DNA from: Bacteroidales bacterium
GTDB lineage: Bacteria; Bacteroidota; Bacteroidia; Bacteroidales; VadinHA17
DNA: 64,000 nucleotides
Direction: 5' to 3'
NCBI GenBank assembly: GCA_016936435.1
Contig: JAFGXX010000075.1
Coordinates: 6,469 to 70,468 of the forward strand
The notes beneath the pieces are model-generated. The model had not been told where the DNA came from, searched no databases, and saw nothing but the letters and a program-made list of their open reading frames with translations. A program made the position numbers and the translations under genes. Below are positions 9,701 to 17,494 of this stretch, in pieces (within the stretch, counting starts at the first letter, position 1; each line of letters starts with the position of its first letter).

Positions 9701-10104
9701 CTATAGAACCACACAGAAGAAGTACCGAAAATTATTTTTGTTATCACACCTGTTCCGGCAGTGTTGTCTGAAAGCGAGTTATAACGCCAGGATTCTGATT
9801 CACTACTTGTTATATACCCGAAATGGTTATCTCCGCCAAGATATATCCTTTTATCGGAAGGGTTTTTCTGAAGCGAATATGGTACTACGGGCATCCTGAT
9901 ATTAATCCATTCCTCGCCATCGAAAGTCAGTATTCCTTTCCGGTTGGCAAAGAGCATGATCTGGTTTTCATCCTGACAAAGTGCCCAGTTCTGATTCTCA
10001 ATGTTCCTGCTCTGCGAGAAATCGGTAAGAATTGGAACTCCCACCTGTGCCGTCAGGGCAGGAGCAGCCAGGAGCACCGATATTGCAAGGATAATCCTTT
10101 TCAT
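6757..10104 (-). CDS. Periplasmic beta-propeller (two-component-regulator propeller / Y_Y_Y type) sensor fused through one TM helix to a SpoIIE/PP2C phosphatase
   Basis: 1115 aa. It has a signal peptide and repeated propeller-like blades. The Y_Y_Y-like region is YQYFIYKVMPDWSEW. The TM segment is VFYIITGIMALSFIVFII, followed by a coiled coil. The C-terminal SpoIIE pattern is SGDFYW...ADCTGHGVPGAFMS...SDGF...DDVTIIGIRI. Confidence 0.8.
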   Translation of the reverse strand: MKRIILAISVLLAAPALTAQVGVPILTDFSQSRNIENQNWALCQDENQIMLFANRKGILTFDGEEWINIRMPVVPYSLQKNPSDKRIYLGGDNHFGYITSSESESWRYNSLSDNTAGTGVITKIIFGTSSVWFYSEKTIIEYDTEADTTRLRLDSREGNSFTGLIVMPENTYVNVSGKGLHRIESDTLFPIVTGYLTENTSILFSLPYNSNLMLLGLGNGTLSLFDGMKYYDYPLKDDGYLKENILSEGISLADTAYAFSTLEGGVIIVRKKTGEVLFTINNQNGLPDDEILAIGSDNSGGLWLSHQYGLTRADLSIPVRSYCIYPGLLGNLTSAMMYDNELYVATSEGVFYLSEVRSYDRIEVLVRDDASQREDRQFELKQEEERDLIAPDPDMGKQDTRRNIITRIFGKRAEDEDETGTEIANADEKEQESRQNISASPSASFTTRTISRLREINHVYRKVEGLNEKCRQLVSIPGGMLAATNKGLYVIRQHKAYLLTPNRYINNISWNAYGDRYYISTSDGYFSIVQKNRGWRTEFPDDGFLHPVYSVTADNKGSLWIGSDNTVYRSEAGNEEALGNYKKYNIENDYPERFTLDLINDTLFLFTESEIYFFDYEADSFNPCRQGGGNAFRESAFYIPVSNVNLIWKGDEWISLDPRHNIRSLELSLLKIFDDIVSIMVEDNHIWVIDGSNRLYGIRRKMVTGTSPEINVLIKNISNARGTNFDLQNVQFDRGDNIIYFDIVAPGYLKNGTTKYQYFIYKVMPDWSEWSARTHYEVPIGRPGDYILQVRARDLWGNISERRSLRFTIKAPLTRTAVFYIITGIMALSFIVFIIRFRERQLHAKTRLLEQRVRERTAQIEAQKGEITSSIEYAGRIQKAMLHVDEHFRDSFSDYFIFFRPRDIVSGDFYWISEDDKSIFFTVADCTGHGVPGAFMSTMGISTLNEIVANNHDLQANTVLNLLREKVIRALHQTGREGEASDGMDVAFCILNKNRRLLQYSGAFNPLVIFQQGEMREFRADRMPIGIHYGDERPFTNNVISVNRGDTLYIYSDGFNSQFGGPDGGKYKSANLKKLLREIYYRPMVEQRNILQNELERWMGTNDQTDDVTIIGIRI

Positions 10105-10194
10105 AGTGATATCACCGGGTTTCAGTCAGTGTGGAACCGGCTAAATTTACAAACAAATTTTCAAAAAGGTAAATCCTTTCCCTGACCCGGATGC

Positions 10195-11556
10195 TTATCT
10201 TATGAACAGGCTCAGGCTCATGGTAATTGCAAGGCCTGTTACTGCAATGATGGTTTCCATCACCGTCCAGGACTGAAGAGTCTGCTTTTCATTCATTCCA
10301 AGATATTTGCTGACAATCCAGAATCCGCTGTCGTTAACATGCGACAGGATTGTTGCTCCGGCAGCTATAGCCACCACGATAATTGCAACAGCAGGCTGAC
10401 TTAAGCTGAAAACGGGGAGTATGGGGGCCATTATTCCTGCCGCGGTAATCATGGCAACTGTAGCTGAACCCTGGGTAATTCTTACCAGTGCCGCTAATGA
10501 CCACCCGAGCAGGACAAGCGGTACTGACGAGTCTGAAAGAGATTCAGCAAGGATCTGTCCGATGCCGCTGTCGATAAGTATCTGCTTCAGGACGCCTCCG
10601 GCACCTGTAACAAGTATAATGATTCCTGCAGGACCAAGGGCTTTTGTGCTCAGGTCGAGGATGGTCTGTCCTGACATCTTATTCCTGATGCACAATATCA
10701 TCGACAGGAAGGTTGCTATAATGAGTGCAGTAAAAGGATGTCCGATAAACACCAGGATATCTGTCAGTAATGACCGTCTTATCCATTCATTCGTTATACC
10801 GAGTTTAATGAAAGTGCCTGTCAGTATAAGAAGAAGCGGTGTCATGATGATCAGTGCTATTGAGATGAACGAAGGAAGCTCCTTTTGAGAATCCCCATCA
10901 TTATCATGATGTTCCGCGAATGTGGCTGGAGGATCTATTTTTATTTTACCGGCTATGAAGCGACCGAATACAGGTCCTGCGATGATGGCTGTCGGAATGC
11001 CGGTAAGGATACCGAAAAGTACTACCCAGCCTATGTCCACGTCGAGAATATTTGCCACGGCCACAGGACCCGGTGTTGGTGGGACCATTGTATGTGTAAC
11101 GGCCAGACCTGCAAGAAGGGGAATGGCATAGAAAAGTACTGATCGTTTTGCATCGCGGGCCAGAGCATATACTATAGGTATAAGAATGATGAATCCCACA
11201 TCAAGAAAAACAGGTATTCCAATAACAAAACCTGACAGCATCAGAGCCCATGAGGCTTTTCCCTTGCCGAATTTTCTAAGGAGGCTGTGGGCAAAGGCCC
11301 TGGCACCTCCCGAACTTTCAAGCATCTGCCCGAAAATGGCCCCGAGACCTACCACCACTGCGATGAAACCCAGAGTCCCTCCCATTCCTTCTTCAATACT
11401 CGACAATATCTTTTCAGCAGGCATCCCGGCAAGAATACCGACCAGGATTGAAGTTACGAGAAGGGCAATGAATGCGTTGAGCCTGAATTTCAGGACCATA
11501 AGGAGCAGTAAGCTAACCCCGGTGGCGACGATGAATAAAATATATGCTGGCGACAT
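10195..11556 (-). CDS. GntP-family organic-acid (gluconate/glycerate-type) permease, copy 1
   Basis: 453 aa polytopic membrane protein whose N-terminal and C-terminal patterns are typical of GntP permeases. Confidence 0.8.
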   Translation of the reverse strand: MSPAYILFIVATGVSLLLLMVLKFRLNAFIALLVTSILVGILAGMPAEKILSSIEEGMGGTLGFIAVVVGLGAIFGQMLESSGGARAFAHSLLRKFGKGKASWALMLSGFVIGIPVFLDVGFIILIPIVYALARDAKRSVLFYAIPLLAGLAVTHTMVPPTPGPVAVANILDVDIGWVVLFGILTGIPTAIIAGPVFGRFIAGKIKIDPPATFAEHHDNDGDSQKELPSFISIALIIMTPLLLILTGTFIKLGITNEWIRRSLLTDILVFIGHPFTALIIATFLSMILCIRNKMSGQTILDLSTKALGPAGIIILVTGAGGVLKQILIDSGIGQILAESLSDSSVPLVLLGWSLAALVRITQGSATVAMITAAGIMAPILPVFSLSQPAVAIIVVAIAAGATILSHVNDSGFWIVSKYLGMNEKQTLQSWTVMETIIAVTGLAITMSLSLFIR

Positions 11557-11575
11557 AATGGTTCAGAGATTCAGA

Positions 11576-12910
11576 TCATTCAATTATTGCCACGGCAAGA
11601 TCCATGACGTTGGTCAGAGTCGGACCGGTGAAAACATGACCACCCGTCAACCTGAAGAAGTTATATGAATCGAACTCCCGGATAAACCTTTCCGGATCCA
11701 CATTCATCGATAGCGCTTCGTGAACCGTATTGCTATCCACAACAGCGCCGGCCATTTCGGTATTACCGTCATTACCGTCACTTCCTGCCGAAAGAAAGGT
11801 AATGCCAGGAATATTCTGAAGACTGACTGCCATAATAAGGGCCAGGTGCTGATTCCTTCCTCCCAGGCCTTCACCGTTGACTTTTACCGTGGTCTCTCCG
11901 CCGAAAAGCAGACAAAGAGGCCTGGGCAAATCATGGTTGTTCCTGTAATAAAGTATCTTATCGATGATGAAGGAGCTCGCATTCACGACATCACCTTTAA
12001 GTTCATCGGTAACGATCTCGGCATGGAAACCTGTCCTGAGAGCTTCTTCCCGTGCCGACGATAGTGCAGTATAATTATTGCCGGCCAGAATTGTTTCCGA
12101 CCTGCTGAATATTATGTCTCCCGGTTTAGGAGTATCGGGGATCATCCCCCGTATACCGTCTTCAATATGCGAAAGCAGTGATGGTGGCATATCATTCCTG
12201 ATACCATATTTCTCAATAATGTTCAGGGCATCATTGAAGCTTGAGTGGTCGGCCACTGTCGGTCCCGATGCAACAGTTTCGGGAGCATCGCCCGGCACAT
12301 CCGACAGGTAGATGGTAACTGATGTTGCAGGCCAGATATACCTTGCAAGATGACCGCCCTTCACCCCGGAGAGATGTTTTCTTATAATGTTCATTTCGCC
12401 GATACCGGCACCGCATCTGATAAGCATATCATTAAAGAGCATCATCTCTCCGGGTGTCGATGCAGGCGGAAAGTCGGCAAGAAGTGATGAGCCTCCACCC
12501 GAAAGAACACATATTACAAGATCCTCTTCTCCCGCATTTTCAGCGAGATCAATTATCTCCTTCGTGGCGCTGAAGCTGTTCGCGTCGGGTACAGGATGGC
12601 CTGCCTCCGAAACTTTGATCCTTTTGAGTCTTACATAAAACCCATACTTCGTGACAATATGCCCGGCTTTAATCCTGTCACCGAGAAGGACTTCCAGATA
12701 GTGCCCCAGAGCGGCACTGGCCTTACCGGCGCCCAGTACATATACATTACTGAATCTGTCGAGATCATAGCTGAGGTTGCCCGCCCTTAAAACCGATCCT
12801 TGAAATGACAGTGTATCGGAAATTATCCTGTCGGGCAGAACACCTTTGACTCCGGCGAGAAAAATATGCTTGGCACAGTCCCTGGAATTCATAAAATTGG
12901 TTTTTATCAA
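11576..12910 (-). CDS. Glycerate kinase, DUF4147/MOFRL type (glycerate 2-kinase / TtuD family)
   Basis: 444 aa. Contains VLGAGKASAAL near the N-terminus and LFGGETTVKVNG.GLGGRNQHLAL in the C-terminal MOFRL region. Confidence 0.8.
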   Translation of the reverse strand: MIKTNFMNSRDCAKHIFLAGVKGVLPDRIISDTLSFQGSVLRAGNLSYDLDRFSNVYVLGAGKASAALGHYLEVLLGDRIKAGHIVTKYGFYVRLKRIKVSEAGHPVPDANSFSATKEIIDLAENAGEEDLVICVLSGGGSSLLADFPPASTPGEMMLFNDMLIRCGAGIGEMNIIRKHLSGVKGGHLARYIWPATSVTIYLSDVPGDAPETVASGPTVADHSSFNDALNIIEKYGIRNDMPPSLLSHIEDGIRGMIPDTPKPGDIIFSRSETILAGNNYTALSSAREEALRTGFHAEIVTDELKGDVVNASSFIIDKILYYRNNHDLPRPLCLLFGGETTVKVNGEGLGGRNQHLALIMAVSLQNIPGITFLSAGSDGNDGNTEMAGAVVDSNTVHEALSMNVDPERFIREFDSYNFFRLTGGHVFTGPTLTNVMDLAVAIIE

Positions 12911-12931
12911 AATTAGTTCATCAGAATGAAA

Positions 12932-14260
12932 TCAAAGAATAAACAGCGATGAAAGCCAGACCATAAAAAAAATTGTTATTGCCATTACTGCCGTAGAGCT
13001 GGAATAAACTCTGAGAGCTGTCCTTATGTCGAGTCCCGAAAAACTGGAAACCACCCAGAAATACGAATCGTTGGCATGTGATATCATCATCGATCCTGCA
13101 CCCATCGACAGCATTGCCAGTATTTTGCCCGGCTCCGAAGCTAAACCGAGCATATCAAGCATAGGTACAACGAATGAGGCTGTTGTTATCACAGCTACCG
13201 TCGACGAGCCCTGTGCAGTTTTCATCAGGGAAGCTATAAGAAATGGCACCAGGAGACCTGCTCCTGTTCCGGCAAGGATCTGACCTGCATATTCACCAAC
13301 CCCAGTCTCCCTGATCACCATTCCGAACATTCCTCCGGCTGCCGTTATTATTAATATCGGACCGGCTTTTTCGATGGCTTCGGTAAAAACTGAATTCACA
13401 GCTTCCATAGTCTTTTTCCTTAACAGAAGAAGGGAAAACAGCACTCCTGTCCCAAGAGCGAAGACAGGCTCTCCCGGGAACCTGAATATCCTGCTTAAAA
13501 GAGTCGAAGCGTCTTTATCGACAAGTGAAAGAAGAGCTTTTACTGTTATAAGCAGAAGGGGAACCAGTATCGGAAGGAAGGACATCAGGGGTGAAGGAAG
13601 CTCCTGGCGACCTTCCGTACTTTCTTTTTCTTCGTTTGCTGGTTCATAATTACCTCCCTTTATCATCAGCTTACTCCAGAACCATGCCGCCAGAAATCCG
13701 GGTATTGCAAATAATATCCCTGCCAGGATAAGGTTTCCGACATTTGCATCGATAATTCCGGCAGCGGCGAGCGCACCGGGATGAGGAGGAATAAGACAAT
13801 GAACTGAATACAGCGAAGTAGCCAGAATTGTTGCCATAAAAGCCATCGGAATCCGTGCCTTTGCACTGAAAGATCGTGACAATCCGCTGAGGATTATGAA
13901 TGCCGAATCACAAAAAATTGGAAGACCGGTTATAAAACCTGTTATCCCGATAGCATGTGCACTCCTCCTGACTCCGGTCAGTGAAAGTATAAAATTCGCA
14001 ATACTTATCATTCCGCCTGTACGATCGAGGGTAATCCCTATCATCGCCCCGAAAATTATGAGAAAACCTATGGAAGCCATGGTGTTCCCGAAACCTTCCT
14101 TTATTGTTGATACAACTGTTGAAGCAGGAAGCGCGGCAAAAGCCAGTAAGACTGAAACAAGAAAAAGCGCTGCAAAAGCCTTCATTTTCAGACCCGAAGT
14201 CAGAAGGACGATAGCTATAATGCTGATTATTACCAGTATGGATATTACGGTCATGCTCAT
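12932..14260 (-). CDS. GntP-family permease, copy 2 (diverged paralogue)
   Basis: 442 aa polytopic protein. It has the same architecture as copy 1, but by eye the sequence is only loosely similar. Confidence 0.75.
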   Translation of the reverse strand: MSMTVISILVIISIIAIVLLTSGLKMKAFAALFLVSVLLAFAALPASTVVSTIKEGFGNTMASIGFLIIFGAMIGITLDRTGGMISIANFILSLTGVRRSAHAIGITGFITGLPIFCDSAFIILSGLSRSFSAKARIPMAFMATILATSLYSVHCLIPPHPGALAAAGIIDANVGNLILAGILFAIPGFLAAWFWSKLMIKGGNYEPANEEKESTEGRQELPSPLMSFLPILVPLLLITVKALLSLVDKDASTLLSRIFRFPGEPVFALGTGVLFSLLLLRKKTMEAVNSVFTEAIEKAGPILIITAAGGMFGMVIRETGVGEYAGQILAGTGAGLLVPFLIASLMKTAQGSSTVAVITTASFVVPMLDMLGLASEPGKILAMLSMGAGSMMISHANDSYFWVVSSFSGLDIRTALRVYSSSTAVMAITIFFMVWLSSLFIL

Positions 14261-14301
14261 CAGTCAACACCTGAAGTGTCGAAACTACAAAGATTTATGA
14301 C

Positions 14302-15360
14302 TCACAAAACGAAATGAACGGAGCTTACTGATTTAATGGCCCTGTCGGAAAAATAGTCACCCGCAACAAAGATCCTGAACAGACCTCCGTCTTCACCTTT
14401 TTCATAAGGTATAAGCAGATATTCCTGCTGATCGTTGCGATTGAACAGTTCCGAATATGTTACAGCCGACCTGTATCCGTCAGCCGCTGCGATACACATT
14501 ATTCCATGAGCCAGAGCTTCATTGCTTACCGGGTAATATTTCATTAGCAGTTCTTTCAGCATGTATCCTGTGAAAGGCCATGTTGTATGTATTCCCCTTC
14601 CCCTTCCGTAGAAGATGGTATTGTAGCTTACTTCCCTCAGAGTATCCGGAATTGAAGTTATCTCACCTGCCCTGTTACCGTTCCTGTAAAGGATGATCTT
14701 TTCCGAATAAAGAGGTGAAAGGCCCTGAGTCGTGGGAAATGATTCAGGGTATGATCTGACTGTTATCCTGACCGGGTTTTCGATATTACGTTCAGTAATC
14801 AGGTCGGGTGATGACACAATCTTTGAATTTCCGGGAATAGTCCATAGCTCGTTTGTTTTCGACGGGACTATCCTCGACACCGATGATGCAATGATTATCC
14901 TGTGGAGGTTATTTGCATAATATATTTCGCCCCAGCTGAAAACAGCTTTATCGCCGTTTTCATTTTCAACTTCGACATACAGATCGATGATAGAATTAAA
15001 TTCTTCAGCATTGGCTTTTTTTATCACACACTTGTTCAGGATGTCGAACAACGAGTAACCATCATACCTGAAAGCACCTGTGAACCTGTTTTCTCCTGAA
15101 GGCTCGAGAAGAGCCTCTTTTACAATGACCGAGTGAACCGGCAGAGATGAAAAATCAACCTTGCCGGGATTTTCTATTTCTCCGCTTATTGTTAAGTCTT
15201 TCACATCAAGCTTAAAAACTTCCGTGTTGTCGTAAAAGTTGTTTGTGGCATCCACAGTATCGACATAATTCAAATCATTCCGGTTCATATCCAGATCCGG
15301 ACCACAGGAAAATATCAACACTGATATTACTATCAGAATTACTGATAATCGTACATTCAT
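14302..15360 (-). CDS. Hypothetical lipoprotein with two tandem domains resembling the molybdopterin-oxidoreductase (YedY/sulfite-oxidase-like) fold pattern
   Basis: I prefer the internal Met at 15360 (MNVRLSVILIVISVLIFSCG, a lipobox). It removes the overlap with the upstream gene. Patterns ISGEIENPGKVDFSSLP...YSLFDIL and FTGYMLKELL...AAADGY...FRIFVAG recall the Oxidored_molyb layout. The assignment is weak. Confidence 0.45.
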   Translation of the reverse strand: MNVRLSVILIVISVLIFSCGPDLDMNRNDLNYVDTVDATNNFYDNTEVFKLDVKDLTISGEIENPGKVDFSSLPVHSVIVKEALLEPSGENRFTGAFRYDGYSLFDILNKCVIKKANAEEFNSIIDLYVEVENENGDKAVFSWGEIYYANNLHRIIIASSVSRIVPSKTNELWTIPGNSKIVSSPDLITERNIENPVRITVRSYPESFPTTQGLSPLYSEKIILYRNGNRAGEITSIPDTLREVSYNTIFYGRGRGIHTTWPFTGYMLKELLMKYYPVSNEALAHGIMCIAAADGYRSAVTYSELFNRNDQQEYLLIPYEKGEDGGLFRIFVAGDYFSDRAIKSVSSVHFVL

Positions 15361-15382
15361 TTTATGAAATTTTAGAATTATT

Positions 15383-16615
15383 TTATCCAAAGAACATGTA
15401 TGCAACCAGTACCGCAGCCGTTAAGCCTGCAAAATCGGCCAGGAGACCGCAGCCAACTGAATATCTGGTGTTTTTAATACCTACCGAACCGAAATATACA
15501 GCCAGGATATAGAATGTTGTGTCGGTAGCCCCCTGCATGGTACAGGCCACCCTTGCAACAAATGAATCAGGACCATGGGTAATCATCGCATCCACCATCA
15601 ATCCCCTGGCGCCGCTGCCACTCAGCGGCTTCATAAAGGCAACCGGAAGGGCATCTGTAAAACGCGTGTCGAGACCGAACCATGAAAAGAACCTGGCTAT
15701 TCCCGCTATCATATAATCCATGGCGCCCGAAGCTCTGAATATACCAATAGCGACAAGTATGGCCACAAGAAAAGGAATTATCCTGATTGCAACGCTGAAG
15801 CCTTCCTTTGCCCCTTCCACAAAAGCATCATAAACATTCACTTTCTTCAGCAGTGCGAGCACTATAAACACTACTATAATCAGGATGAGGATAAAATTAG
15901 CTGCAAAAGTTGATGCCGCAGAAATCTGTTCCTTGGGCAGACTGCTGAAAAAAATTATTATACCCGCTATTATGGCTGTCATTCCTAAAAGATAAGCCAT
16001 GACAATTTTATCCAGAAGATTTATTTTCTGGATTATTGCCACGCTGATAAGGCCTGTCATAAGGGCACAGAAAGTTGAAATAAGAATCGGTATAAAAATA
16101 TCGGCGGGATTGGCAGCACCCAGTTGCATCCTGTAAACGATCACGCTCACAGGTATGATCGTAAGCCCTGCAGCATTCATCACAAGGAACATTATCTGAG
16201 CATTTGATGCCCTTTCCTTATCTGGATTTACGTCCTGCAACTCCTTCATAGCTTTCAATCCCATGGGAGTGGCTGCATTGTCAAGACCCAGCATGTTAGC
16301 CGAAAGGTTGAGCATTATCGATCCAAAAGCAGGATGCCCCTTTGGGACTCCCGGGAACAACCTGACAAAGAGAGGTCCCATGAGCCTGCCCAGGATGGCG
16401 ACCACACCCCCCTTCTCCCCTACTTTTAACAAACCCATCCAGAGTGTAAGGGCTCCGGTCAGACCCAGGGAGATCTCAAAGCCGGTTTTTGCATTGGAAA
16501 AGACTGCATCAACCAGCGCATTGAAGATCTGAGTATCACCTGCAAATATCAGTTTGCCCAGGGCAACAAGGAAACCTATAAGGAAAAAAGCGATCCAGAT
16601 ATAGTTCAGAGCCAT
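15383..16615 (-). CDS. Nucleoside-recognition (Gate) domain membrane protein, fused SpmA/SpmB-like
   Basis: I prefer the start at MALNYIWIAFFLIGF (nt 16615). It is polytopic and has the family-typical N-terminus. Confidence 0.65.
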   Translation of the reverse strand: MALNYIWIAFFLIGFLVALGKLIFAGDTQIFNALVDAVFSNAKTGFEISLGLTGALTLWMGLLKVGEKGGVVAILGRLMGPLFVRLFPGVPKGHPAFGSIMLNLSANMLGLDNAATPMGLKAMKELQDVNPDKERASNAQIMFLVMNAAGLTIIPVSVIVYRMQLGAANPADIFIPILISTFCALMTGLISVAIIQKINLLDKIVMAYLLGMTAIIAGIIIFFSSLPKEQISAASTFAANFILILIIVVFIVLALLKKVNVYDAFVEGAKEGFSVAIRIIPFLVAILVAIGIFRASGAMDYMIAGIARFFSWFGLDTRFTDALPVAFMKPLSGSGARGLMVDAMITHGPDSFVARVACTMQGATDTTFYILAVYFGSVGIKNTRYSVGCGLLADFAGLTAAVLVAYMFFG

Positions 16616-16754
16616 AATCAGATTTTGATCAACGAATATAGCAATTATCTCATGTACTCCAACGGCATGCAAGGAAAAGCAATCCGGTCTTCATGCCTTA
16701 AAACTATAAGCTCTTATCCTGTTCGCCTTTTCTCCTTTCTGCCTTTAAGTTTTA

Positions 16755-16784
16755 TTTGCCATCAAAACATTTTTGATAAATTTG
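16755..16784 (+). promoter_or_regulatory. Candidate Bacteroidota promoter for eda (-33 TTTG, -7 TAAATTTG) overlapped by an inverted repeat
   Basis: TTTG lies at 16755-16758. TAAATTTG (matching TAnnTTTG) lies at 16777-16784, 20 nt before the ATG. The inverted repeat ATCAAAA-CAT-TTTTGAT (16761-16777) sits between and over the two boxes. Confidence 0.45.
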
Positions 16785-16803
16785 TCATGGTAAAAAGACA
16801 GTT

Positions 16804-17475
16804 ATGGCAAGATTTTCAAGAATAGATGTAGCATTAAAAATGAAAGAAACCGGTATAGTGCCGGTATTCTATCATAAAGATCCCATGGTTTGCAGGAATG
16901 TAATAAAGGCCTGCTCTGACGGAGGAATAAAGGTATTTGAATTCACCAACCGCGGAGATTACGCTCATGAGATGTTCAGTGAACTTAATAAATGGGCTGA
17001 AAAAGAAGTGCCAACCATGATCATGGGAGCAGGCTCTGTTGTTGACCCGGGAACAGCTTCGATATATATTCAGGCAGGAGCAAATTTTATCGTCTCTCCT
17101 GTGCTGAATCCCGACATGGCAAAGGTATGTAACAGACGAAAGGTGCTGTGGTCACCCGGTTGCGGGACTCTGTCAGAGATAGGACTGGCAGAGGAGCTGG
17201 GAGCAGAGATTGTAAAGATCTTTCCGGGTTCCTCGGTCGGAGGTCCCGATTTCGTAAGAGCTATAAAAGGCCCCTGCCCATGGACGAGCATTATGCCTAC
17301 CGGAGGTGTGGAACCTAGTGTCGACAACCTGAGGGAGTGGTTTGATGCAGGTGTAACATGTGTGGGAATAGGATCGAACCTGATAACCCGTGAGCTTATC
17401 CAGAAGAAGGACTGGGAGGGAATAAGAAAACGCGTTGCAGCAGCCATCAAGATCGCCAGGATGTTCAAAAAATAA
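16804..17475 (+). CDS. eda: KDPG / 4-hydroxy-2-oxoglutarate aldolase
   Basis: 223 aa. Eda-family pattern: GIVPVFYH...GIKVFEFTNR...VKIFPG...MPTGGV. Confidence 0.8.
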   Translation: MARFSRIDVALKMKETGIVPVFYHKDPMVCRNVIKACSDGGIKVFEFTNRGDYAHEMFSELNKWAEKEVPTMIMGAGSVVDPGTASIYIQAGANFIVSPVLNPDMAKVCNRRKVLWSPGCGTLSEIGLAEELGAEIVKIFPGSSVGGPDFVRAIKGPCPWTSIMPTGGVEPSVDNLREWFDAGVTCVGIGSNLITRELIQKKDWEGIRKRVAAAIKIARMFKK

Positions 17476-17494
17476 GTTCCCCGCTAAAAACAGA

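Noticed and set aside
1846-10104. Two SpoIIE phosphatases interpreted as a complete partner-switching (RsbU/RsbV/RsbW-like) system
   Set aside because: No STAS-domain antagonist, anti-sigma kinase or sigma factor gene is present anywhere in the window. Only the phosphatase inputs are visible.
14302-15405. N-terminal extensions of several track ORFs (14302-15405, 15383-16672, 17495-19015, 25020-26033, 28935-29894, 39089-39820, 49316-50359, 61162-61710, 62937-63578)
   Set aside because: In each case an internal Met gives a canonical family N-terminus or a signal/lipobox and removes the overlap with the neighbouring gene. The longer versions add non-homologous residues.
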